Below are positions 21,401-28,692 of a stretch of DNA of 64,000 nucleotides, piece by piece. The notes beneath the pieces were generated by a model. That model had not been told where the DNA came from and searched no databases. It saw only the letters and a list, made by a program, of their open reading frames with translations. The position numbers were made by a program, and so were the translations under genes. Positions within the stretch are counted from its first letter, which is position 1. Every line of letters starts with the position of its first letter. This DNA comes from an uncultured Clostridia bacterium (lineage in GTDB: Bacteria > Bacillota > Clostridia > Christensenellales > UBA1242), in assembly GCA_944376905.1 (NCBI GenBank), contig CALWEA010000006.1:3563-67562 (forward strand). Reading direction: 5' to 3'.

Positions 21401-22533
21401 ACAACTAAAACTGTTTTATTTTTACATATTGCATCAGATATAACATTGACAATTGTTTGAGATTTTCCAGTTCCAGGTGGACCATATATAACCATATTCC
21501 CACTTTCATTTAACTGGCTTATAGCATTTTCTTGAGTAAAATCTAAATCATTTATTGTGTATATAGGATTAAGAAGTTTTTTATTGTTTTTTGATTTGTT
21601 GTTTTTTCTCTTAGGGAAACGTGCTTCTAATAGTTGTCGAATTGCCGGAGTTGTTAGGTGTCTTTTTTCTAATAAATCATAATCATTGTAAATAGAGTTT
21701 GCCAATGGATATCGACCAATAACACAAGTTTTAATAACTTTTAAAGGACTTAAATCAAAATTTGTCTCTTTTATATCATCAAACTTAACAAATTTTGAAT
21801 TAAAATTTTTTTCTTTTTCAAATTGAAATCCAAAAGTTTTTAAATAATCTAAAATATCATCAACATTTTTTAATCTATTTTCTTGAAGGTTGTCAAATTC
21901 TGTTAAAAGTTTTTCAGTGTTCAAACGATGCTCTTTTGCGTATGCCAAAATTAAAACCTTGTTAAGTTGAATGCTTGAATCAGATTTTAATTCAAGTGAA
22001 ACAGTAGTATTGTTTTCAATGTTTATAATAACAGGAAATAATAAAAGAGGTGCTTTTATTGCCAAATCTTTGTTAATATGCCCACTAACAAAAGGATATC
22101 CAATAAACAGTTCATAACGCCCTGTTTCTCTTGCAAATTCTTCAATTTCTCTTTTTAAAATTTTTAAAGCAGAAATTTGAGAAACAACAATTTTTTTACC
22201 TTCTTCTCTTCTAACCCTCTCTCGACGTAAATTCTCATTACGTTTTTCTTCTGTTGACATATTAGAAGTGTCTTGAAAAGAAATTTTTGCCTTTTCTTCT
22301 AAATTAAAATTTTTAAATAAACGTTGTTTTGCACTATTCCCAATTAATTCATAAGAATACCTTTTCCCCTGCCATAAAAATGCAAAAAATTTATCAAATT
22401 CTTCCTCATCTGCCCCAATAACAGCCCCAATATCATATGAAAATTTTTTACTTATTTTCTTTGAATATAAACTTCTGTTTTTTCCACTAATTTCAATTAA
22501 CCTTTCTTTATAATATTTGTAAATAGATTTCAT
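18454..22533 (-). CDS. Superfamily-1 (Dna2/Upf1-like) helicase with C-terminal Vsr/DUF559-like endonuclease domain and K-rich tail
   Basis: Carries YGPPGTGKSQT (Walker A), FDEASQ, ITFNAEQ, VQGDERDIIIFS and RLNVAITRAK. The C-terminal LGIECDY...ERDVYRNKFLQSRGWNIMRVWSRDWW matches the Vsr-fold nuclease pattern. Confidence 0.85.
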   Translation of the reverse strand: MKSIYKYYKERLIEISGKNRSLYSKKISKKFSYDIGAVIGADEEEFDKFFAFLWQGKRYSYELIGNSAKQRLFKNFNLEEKAKISFQDTSNMSTEEKRNENLRRERVRREEGKKIVVSQISALKILKREIEEFARETGRYELFIGYPFVSGHINKDLAIKAPLLLFPVIINIENNTTVSLELKSDSSIQLNKVLILAYAKEHRLNTEKLLTEFDNLQENRLKNVDDILDYLKTFGFQFEKEKNFNSKFVKFDDIKETNFDLSPLKVIKTCVIGRYPLANSIYNDYDLLEKRHLTTPAIRQLLEARFPKRKNNKSKNNKKLLNPIYTINDLDFTQENAISQLNESGNMVIYGPPGTGKSQTIVNVISDAICKNKTVLVVSQKKAALEVVFNRLKNLNSKCMFVTDAEKNKTAFYERVSQMHKAVMDYGKDIPDFQQQFDIITQNLNNEISELETISNVLFTKTDFGLTLQEMYTNSAKIGKNSFDYIIYQAMLKNKDIMNMDYKTIYTALRVIKEKNKGSLYHRFIQLKKNNPLASHILPNVEVHTINQMKTYLKEIIGKNIVPFDTTKNPHARQLLVYMLENNVHTISDMKPLIKMLAQIENPKLLSTLNLSKILFPAYPFIKNQMNKKEAELYKSFESTLEEIQNYIKNYEIIEQVLDRQGYLMTIDNIINGNSVFIKLLLNALEDYLEIRDVNVALRNLTDDERIILNFAYENSKNPKQYKDIIDKLLEVRVYHEAIYYEEYYKNLLPKILDFENIRNRIISLTTEQKQISASICMGKFQEEYIKHFQTGLESQNYYYQITKQQGLLPLRQIMELYGDYLLKLFPCWLLSPESVSNIFPLKKEMFDIILFDEASQVFIENTLPTIYRGKCIVVAGDNKQLRPTATFVKRYLGNDSDEELSLATQAALEVESLLDLATARFDSTNLTYHYRSKNQELIDFSNFAFYDSKLQIAPNISKNIGEKPIQRIMVNGRWIGRRNEAEATAVAQLLKKLIKSKKNNSSIGIITFNAEQESAIEDAIDAECQKDSLFRDAFIREQNRKENNEDTSIFIKNLENVQGDERDIIIFSIGYARNEFGKVVAHFGPLSIEGGENRLNVAITRAKEKIFVVTSIEPEELIVESSKNSGPKILKSYLKYVRAVSNKKTKEAQFILDSFRPSLPQPETEIIVNQLENEIKAELVKLGYAVETNLGTTNYKISLAVYDKQLDRYLLGIECDYAAAKSSQSILERDVYRNKFLQSRGWNIMRVWSRDWWFSKEKVINKIVKAINENKKIYMEENNIIQLDKMQPKQKNNTSKKISKTNKKESKIKSNIKNSSAKKTISTNKLKTNKKVVKTTKKIADKKNNKKENVVSNKLKNK

Positions 22534-23452
22534 ACTAATACCTCTTTAACCCTTTTTATAAATTAAAAAATATTGTATATTTTATAACATAACACTATAT
22601 TTAGTAGCAGTTTGTTTATTTAATGTTAATATATGTTGATATTATAACAAAATTATTAAAGATATTCAAGTAGCATTTAAAAATAAAAATAAATTTTAAT
22701 TAAAAATTAAAAAATTATAAAAAAAATACATTAAAATAAAAATAAAATTTTTAATAGTAAAAAATGTAAAAAATAAAAATTTCAAAAATGCATATTATAT
22801 CGATAAAAAAATAAAAAAATTATTAATTATACTTGAAAAATGATTTTTTTTATGTTAATATAACACTGCTAAATGGCAATTGTTAATTAAAATTTTGTTA
22901 ATTTAATTAATTGTTAATTTTATTAATTACTAAATATCGAATCATTTAACTATAGTGTTATTTGAATTAAAAAATATTAATACATTTTAAACTGTAAATT
23001 AATAAAGTTGCAATAAAATTTTAGTTAATATTTAAAAACAATCAACAAAAATAATTAAAAAATTTTTAAATAATAAACATTTAATTTTTAACAATACAAT
23101 TAGCAAAAAATTATATTTTGGATAAAATAATAACTAAGCCCAACAACTATGTAACGACTTATATTTTATTTTTAATAATGATATTTTTCCGCACTAATAA
23201 AATAACCCCAAAAACTGATTTATAAAAAATAAAAAATTTATTATATCTTATCTTTCTATTTTCAGTTATGAAACAATCAGTTATAAATTAATTTGCCAAC
23301 CATTTAAAGAACTAGATATTATTAATAAAAAACACCAATATTTAATAAAATGTTATAATAAATATAACAATAAAATCTTAGAAAATTCATAATAAAAAAA
23401 TGCCCAAATTTAACTGGAAAAAAAACTCAACAATTTAATAAAAATTGCATAT

Positions 23453-23497
23453 GCTAACGTAGCACAGTCGATAGTGCACCGCCTTGGTAAGACAAGG
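23453..23497 (+). pseudogene. 5' fragment of a tRNA-Thr-like gene (acceptor 5' arm to anticodon loop)
   Basis: GCTAACGTAGCACAGTCGATAGTGCACCGCCTTGGTAAG aligns with positions 1-39 of the intact tRNA 100 bp downstream, then diverges. Confidence 0.7.
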
Positions 23498-23552
23498 AAA
23501 TTGCATTTTAAAACAATTCTACAACTAAATATTTGCTCCATTTTGGAGCTAT

Positions 23553-23628
23553 GCTGATGTGGCACAGTCGGTAGCGCACCGCCTTGGTAAGGCGGAGGTC
23601 ACGGGTTCAAGTCCCGTCATCAGCTCCA
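23553..23628 (+). tRNA. tRNA-Thr (anticodon GGU), CCA encoded
   Basis: Hand-folded cloverleaf: acceptor GCTGATG/CATCAGC, anticodon stem CCGCC/GGCGG with loop TTGGTAA, T arm ACGGG-TTCAAGT-CCCGT. Length 76 nt. Confidence 0.9.
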
Positions 23629-23633
23629 TTCAT

Positions 23634-23680
23634 AAAACCCTTGAAACCCTAGTAAAATAGGCACTTTCAAGGGTTTTCTT
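23634..23680 (+). terminator. Terminator hairpin after tRNA-Thr
   Basis: CCCTTGAAA ... TTTCAAGGG followed by TTTTC. The same hairpin type follows the second tRNA. Confidence 0.6.
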
Positions 23681-23719
23681 TATTACTAAAATTTTACAAA
23701 TTTTTTATCAAAAAATCGT

Positions 23720-23854
23720 TTGCTGTCAATTTTAGGACTAATTGCTGTCAAAGTAGGGACAAAAAAAATAGACCGATAGTTAACAACCTAACTATCGGTC
23801 TAAATCTTTTATAAACTGCCTAAAACTAACATATTTGCTGTCAATTGCTGTCAA
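23720..23854 (+). promoter_or_regulatory. attL-side arm region of E1: four direct TTGCTGTCAA repeats around a hairpin and a conserved box
   Basis: Repeats start at 23720, 23742, 23835 and 23845. A hairpin with a 13-bp stem lies at 23770-23801, followed by AAATCTT..CTAAAACT. Confidence 0.7.
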
Positions 23855-24663
23855 ATTATAATTTTTGAATTTATATCAATTGAAATTATATCTTCAATTA
23901 AAATGTTCTCTTCTGCAGTATAGAATTCATATTCTACTTGTTCGCTATTTTCAAAGTTTATTCTTGCAAATATATTATCAACTAGTGTTCTTAATCCAAA
24001 TTTTATTATTTGGGTTGGCTTTAGTTTTAGAATTACTAAATATGGTTTACTTAATCTATTCAATTTCTTCCCTAGCGAATAATTTTCGATACAAAAATAT
24101 TGAATTTCTCCACCATAATTATTGTATAGATTATATAATCCACTATCATTGCTATTAGAAATATTTACATTCCCTAAAGTTACCCATAGCTGATTTTCTC
24201 TCATATTGTTTTTTTTAATTAACAAATTGTGTTCTTTTAAAAAATCAGCTTCTGTTTCATTAATATAACCATCTTTTAACAAATTTTCTATTCTAATAAA
24301 AAGATTTTCTATAGATGAAGTTTTTAATCCATTAAATATAATTCTATCTCTCTCTTTGTTTGTATACCTTGATGCGTGAAAACATATAAAAGCTTTATTT
24401 TCCGACAATAAAATATTATAAAACCTTTCTTTTAATTCATCGAGAGTGTCGTAATATTCGTTTCTTAAATCAAAAATTTTATAAATTTTATTTTCACGTT
24501 TATACTGCTCTTTTAAATCAAAAATTTCTTTCTCTTTTTCCCTAAATTTTTCAATTATTTCATAATTATCCCTTATCAAATCCTTTATAGAGTTTGACCA
24601 CGTATCAAAACAATTAATAATTATTTCATCTTTACTTCTATATTTTCTTACTTCTAAATTCAT
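23851..24663 (-). CDS. Orphan protein (about 270 aa) in the attL-int cargo slot; function unknown
   Basis: The ORF is long for such AT-rich sequence. TGCTATAAT (extended -10) ends 6 nt before ATG 24663, so the mRNA may be leaderless. The ORF-track start 24687 is a TTG inside that promoter. No family motif recognised. Confidence 0.65.
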   Translation of the reverse strand: MNLEVRKYRSKDEIIINCFDTWSNSIKDLIRDNYEIIEKFREKEKEIFDLKEQYKRENKIYKIFDLRNEYYDTLDELKERFYNILLSENKAFICFHASRYTNKERDRIIFNGLKTSSIENLFIRIENLLKDGYINETEADFLKEHNLLIKKNNMRENQLWVTLGNVNISNSNDSGLYNLYNNYGGEIQYFCIENYSLGKKLNRLSKPYLVILKLKPTQIIKFGLRTLVDNIFARINFENSEQVEYEFYTAEENILIEDIISIDINSKIII

Positions 24664-24695
24664 ACTGATATTATAGCATAAATACAAATAAATTG

Positions 24696-26057
24696 CTACA
24701 TCTCAAAATCTTTTTCTCTTTTCTTTCTTTTCTCTTTTAGTTTTTCAAGTTCACAAATCCTTTGTTCTATTTCTTCATCTGTCATTTTGTCTCTTGAAAA
24801 TTCCTCGACTTGTTCTTTCTGCTTTTCTTGAATTTTTGTGTTAAGTCTATCAGTTGCTTCTCTTACATAATCGCTATTGACAGAATTATAAACTGTGATT
24901 GTTGTTTTAACATCTCTATGTCCTAAAAGTTGTTGGATAACTTTTGGATTTTCGTTCATTTCAAAAAGCATATTAGAAAAAGTGTGCCTTAATCCGTGAA
25001 AATGAATATCGAATTTATCTAGTCCATTTCTTCTTTTAAATCTATCAAATATCTTTCTAGTTCCCGAATAAGTCCTATAACTTCCATCATCGTTAGCAAA
25101 CACAAAAGATGTAGGAGATGTCAAAGTAGCAGTCACATCAGGATTAGTTTTTTGTCTATCATACTGCTTATCTTTCCACTGTCTTAAAGTTGCTATGACA
25201 ATATCGGCAACAGGTATTTCTCTTACACTGCAAGTTGTTTTCGTATCACCAATGACTGTTATTCGGTCTTTAATATTGCCTTGTTCATCAAACTTAGGCA
25301 CTTGTGTTATTGCTCTTTCAACTTTTATTGTTTTATTGTCAAAGTCTATGTCTTTCCATTTTAAAGCAAGAGCCTCACCAATACGAAGTCCCGCAAACAT
25401 AAGAGTAATGCAAAGTGGCTTTATAAAATTTGCTTCATCTTTATTTAAAGCATCTAAAAATTTATCCCTAATCTCTGGTGGCATTGCTTTATATTTTTCA
25501 TCATCATTTGCTTGATAAATATTCCTTTTGCCTTTAATTTTTACTTTAAGTGTAGGATTTACAAGTATCCATTTGTTATCAATTGCATATTCAAAAAATT
25601 GATTTAATAAGTGTTTACATTTTTTGACGGTATCATTACTATATCCTTGTTCCATTAAATTGTTAACTAATTTTTGTATAGTATAGTTATCTATTTCATA
25701 AACTTTCATTTTGCCTATTAGTGGAGCAATATGCAATTTGAAATTTCTAATGTTCCCTTCAAATGTTCGTGAACTTACAGCACTCTTTTTAAAAGTCATA
25801 AGATATTCAAACATCAAACTTTCTATGTTGTTTTGCTCAACTAAATCATACGAATTACTTTTTATTCTACCACTTATTTCAGAAAGTTTTTTAACTATTT
25901 CTGCTCTAGATTTTCCATAAATTGTCTTTCGTATAATCTTTCCATTTTCATCATAGCCCATCGTTAGTGCTCCGCCCCAACGACCATCACTTCTTTGAAA
26001 AATTGAACCTTCATTATTTGCTCTACGAGTTCTCTTAACTGCTTTCTTTTTAGCCAT
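24696..26057 (-). CDS. Tyrosine recombinase/integrase with N-terminal arm-binding-type domain
   Basis: Carries NNEGSIFQRSDGRW... (AP2-like arm-binding N-terminus), LRIGEALAL, HGLRHTF and LLGHRDVKTTITVY catalytic-region motifs. The ATG overlaps the xis stop (ATGGCTAA). Confidence 0.9.
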   Translation of the reverse strand: MAKKKAVKRTRRANNEGSIFQRSDGRWGGALTMGYDENGKIIRKTIYGKSRAEIVKKLSEISGRIKSNSYDLVEQNNIESLMFEYLMTFKKSAVSSRTFEGNIRNFKLHIAPLIGKMKVYEIDNYTIQKLVNNLMEQGYSNDTVKKCKHLLNQFFEYAIDNKWILVNPTLKVKIKGKRNIYQANDDEKYKAMPPEIRDKFLDALNKDEANFIKPLCITLMFAGLRIGEALALKWKDIDFDNKTIKVERAITQVPKFDEQGNIKDRITVIGDTKTTCSVREIPVADIVIATLRQWKDKQYDRQKTNPDVTATLTSPTSFVFANDDGSYRTYSGTRKIFDRFKRRNGLDKFDIHFHGLRHTFSNMLFEMNENPKVIQQLLGHRDVKTTITVYNSVNSDYVREATDRLNTKIQEKQKEQVEEFSRDKMTDEEIEQRICELEKLKEKRKKREKDFEM

Positions 26058-26304
26058 TTTGCACCTCACTTTGAGCATTGTTGAGTGTTAGCCAAGTCAC
26101 AAAATTTAGCACACTTACAACTTGTCTTTTCCCGACTTTTGTTGTTGGGAAAGTTTTGCTTCGCATAAGATTTCTCACATTATCTCTGCCAAGTCCTGTG
26201 ATTTTGATAAGGTCCTCACAGTCTAAAAAATCTTTGCCATATTTTAAAGAAATTCTATTCACTTCGCTTTGTATAAGTTCGTTTAAATTGATTGTATTTT
26301 GCAT
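26050..26304 (-). CDS. Excisionase-like / MerR-type HTH DNA-binding protein
   Basis: 84 aa with ITGLGRDNVRNLMRSKTFPTTKVGKRQVVSV. Translationally coupled upstream of int. Paralogs sit at the same position in E2 and E3. Confidence 0.7.
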   Translation of the reverse strand: MQNTINLNELIQSEVNRISLKYGKDFLDCEDLIKITGLGRDNVRNLMRSKTFPTTKVGKRQVVSVLNFVTWLTLNNAQSEVQNG

Positions 26305-26416
26305 TTAAGTCCTCCTAAAAAATAAAATATCTTTCTATGTTTAAATAAAAAATTCTATATTTCTTTTCTATTTTTAATTGATTTTTTAAACTATGATTTG
26401 ACAATTTCAACACAAG

Positions 26417-26544
26417 AAATGGGTGTTCCCATTTGCTTACACAAAGGAAGAAAACGAGTCAAAAAATGTGTCATAAGAAAATGCTTGTAAAATAAGGATT
26501 TTCTTAGCATTTTTGTCAAAAAGCGTTTCTTCCGCTTATCCTGT
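26417..26544. promoter_or_regulatory. Conserved noncoding block between relaxase and xis: hairpin AAATGGG-N4-CCCATTT (26417-26434) and 20-mer GTTTCTTCCGCTTATCCTGT (26525-26544)
   Basis: Both elements recur at the equivalent position in E2 (43938-43954; 44050-44069) and E3 (57229-57246; 57344-57363). Confidence 0.6.
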
Positions 26545-26692
26545 ATGTCGTCAAAGCAAAATCTGACTCATTCGAAAACACAAAATTCTTTGTATTTTCT
26601 CATTCTAACGATTTGCTTTTCCTCTTCCCAAAAATTCTTGCAAGCAAGTATTTTCGGGAGCCCTTTTGGATATAAGTTCGTCATAGCAAACA

Positions 26693-27871
26693 CTACATTT
26701 CGTATTCATTTCTTTCTCTATAAGCTTCAAGTTTTTCAAAAAATCTTTGAAATTCTATCATCTCATATTGCTCTTGCTGTTTGTAGTAATCTAAACAAGA
26801 GAACAAATATTCAAGTTGTCTTTTTCTCTGTCGTTTCTTGAAAAATCTATCTCGCTTTGTGTGAGTTGTTATGCTGTCTAATTTGTCTTTAATCTTGCCA
26901 ATTTCGAGTGCTGTTTGAATTGTCTTATTGCCAAGCCTTCGCATTAATTCATTGTGATAAATCTCTGGGTCATACTTGTCTGGTATGTGTTTGTAATTTT
27001 TGTTTTGCCAAATTTTAAGATTTAAAATTTGAGTTTTGTAGTCAAGATATTTCAATTTCATTTCTTTGTTTGAATAGATAATACTTTCGGTCAGTTTATC
27101 AACTTCGTTTTTAAGAAACTCCATATTTTCGCTGTCATAACTAACTCTTCCTGTCTTTGGTATTTGTGAATATAACTTCAAAAACTTTCTTTTAAGCGAC
27201 CGTGTCATTTCAAAAATATTAGCGCTTCCATTAAACTCTTCTTTTAAATCTTTTCGCAATTTGACAATCTCGGCAGTTTTGTTTGTGAGCGCTTTTTCAA
27301 AGATAAGTTTGCTTGTGATTAAAACATCTTTTGGTATCTTTCCAGAATGATAGGAGAGTGTTCTATTATTCTTCATAAACTGTGGTTCTTTCTCAAAAAA
27401 TGATATGTGGATATGCTTGTTTTCGGTGTTCTCGTGTAGTCCTGCATACCAAACAATGTTGTCTTTATCAAGTCCTGCACGAGTAAAGAATTTTGGCAGC
27501 TCTTTCTTTAAAAAGTTGTAGGCTTGCTCATAATCTCTGCAATACTCGTCACCAAATTCTTCACGAAAAGAAATCACACAATCCCATATACAACTTTGAG
27601 TGTCCCTTAACATTTCTCTTAACCCTCGTTTCTCATCATCACTTAAAAGACCTTTCGAACTAAACACACCGCAAGACTTTTCACTGTTGCCAACATATTC
27701 AGTGTAATCTTTTGGAACGCTGTCAAGACTACCTGTGTCAACATAACTGACATAGTTATAACTGCCATTGCAACTTAAAAATTCTCGCTTACGAATTTTA
27801 TCTTCTTGCTTTGTGTTGTATTTATCACTTGGCTTGTAATACTTGCAAATAAAAACAATGTTATCTGTCAT
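26693..27871 (-). CDS. Relaxase-like mobilization protein (His-triad H-x6-H-x-H)
   Basis: WYAGLHENTENKHIHISFFEK has the spacing of the HxDExxPHxH relaxase motif. The N-terminus is Tyr-rich. Preceded by a coupled RHH gene. Four paralogs in the window. Confidence 0.65.
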   Translation of the reverse strand: MTDNIVFICKYYKPSDKYNTKQEDKIRKREFLSCNGSYNYVSYVDTGSLDSVPKDYTEYVGNSEKSCGVFSSKGLLSDDEKRGLREMLRDTQSCIWDCVISFREEFGDEYCRDYEQAYNFLKKELPKFFTRAGLDKDNIVWYAGLHENTENKHIHISFFEKEPQFMKNNRTLSYHSGKIPKDVLITSKLIFEKALTNKTAEIVKLRKDLKEEFNGSANIFEMTRSLKRKFLKLYSQIPKTGRVSYDSENMEFLKNEVDKLTESIIYSNKEMKLKYLDYKTQILNLKIWQNKNYKHIPDKYDPEIYHNELMRRLGNKTIQTALEIGKIKDKLDSITTHTKRDRFFKKRQRKRQLEYLFSCLDYYKQQEQYEMIEFQRFFEKLEAYRERNEYEM

Positions 27872-28098
27872 CTTTTCACACTCTCATAGATTGCATTAAC
27901 AACATCTTTGATTTCGTCAATTCCTTCCAAAATCTCATCTTCTTTACTGTCCTTGTCGGCGAACTGCTTTAAACACGCATTTATAAACTCGTTAATTGAC
28001 CTGTATCGGCTTTTTTGATAAATCTCTTGTAATTTATCTAAGAGCTTCAAATCGTGGATTCTGAGCATATTCTCGCACTTAATTTTGTCTGACTTCAT
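27868..28098 (-). CDS. Ribbon-helix-helix-type relaxosome accessory protein
   Basis: 76 aa with LRIHDLKLLDKLQEI...SINEFINACL (beta strand plus two helices). ATGA overlap with the relaxase gene and strong GGAGGAA SD. Confidence 0.55.
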   Translation of the reverse strand: MKSDKIKCENMLRIHDLKLLDKLQEIYQKSRYRSINEFINACLKQFADKDSKEDEILEGIDEIKDVVNAIYESVKR

Positions 28099-28175
28099 AC
28101 TTCCTCCTTTTTAGTTTTAGATTTTGAGTTTAAATTTAATTTTACATTTCACACCTCCTTTTAAATTATTTTACT

Positions 28176-28385
28176 ATTCTCGCATTATCAACATTTGATA
28201 ATGCGGAAATAGTTTTCGCAAAGATTTTAACATTGTCGCTGTATCAACATTTGATACAGCGGGAAAACTTTTTCAACTTTTTTACACTTTAACATTCTCG
28301 CTGGCTCACCATTTGAACCTGCGAGAAATATTTTTCAAATTTAATTTACCATAGTCGCGTGTTCACCGTCTGAACACGCGGAAAA
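28176..28385. repeat. Array of four spaced hairpin units (stems at 28181-28205, 28237-28261, 28297-28325, 28356-28380)
   Basis: Units have the form ATTCT-CGC-N4-TCAA-CAT-TTGA-N4'-GCG-GAAA. The N4 differs between units but stays complementary. Unit spacing is 56-62 bp. Confidence 0.85.
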
Positions 28386-28692
28386 ATTTGTTAAGAAAAA
28401 ATATCTCTGCTTCTGCAAAGATATTAGTCCCTCTACTTATATAACCAACACTTTTTTAATTTTGTGGGGTCATTTTGAGCCTTTTTTTTAAAATAATTTA
28501 AAAAATTTTTACATAACAAAAAAAGAAGCAAGCAAAAACTTACTTCTAACAATGCAAAAGAAAACTTTTCTTTATTTTAATTTCTTTTGAAAGTACATTT
28601 TTCAACACAAACAAAAAATAATATTATTATATAAAATAATAAAAGAGTGTTATAGCAATTTGCCTTTAACACTCTTTTTGTTGTTTGTTAAT

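Noticed and set aside
22534-23450. The 0.9-kb ORF-free AT-rich gaps (here and at 3177-4074) as hiding places for RNA genes or degraded elements
   Set aside because: I found no convincing stems, tRNA-like folds, conserved boxes or coding remnants by eye, apart from the short repeats already listed. This is probably ordinary intergenic DNA of a very AT-rich genome.
23851-24687. ADP-ribosyltransferase-like assignment (H-x-S, Y, E pattern) for the orphan slot protein
   Set aside because: The pattern is short and ungapped alignment to any ART family cannot be done by eye. It is kept only as a note, not as a call.
28141-28165. Strong SD followed by a minimal start-stop ORF on the minus strand (AAAAGGAGGTGTGAAATGTAA)
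   Set aside because: The other mob leaders have similar GGAGG-like strings without an ATG-stop in register. With a single occurrence I cannot distinguish it from chance in AT-rich sequence.
28176-28385. Possible small CRISPR array (palindromic repeats of about 25 nt separated by spacers of about 32-37 nt)
   Set aside because: The repeats are not identical to each other; only the outer CGC and inner TCAA-CAT-TTGA parts are shared. There are only four units and no cas genes nearby. The pattern of compensatory changes fits structured hairpins, not CRISPR repeats.
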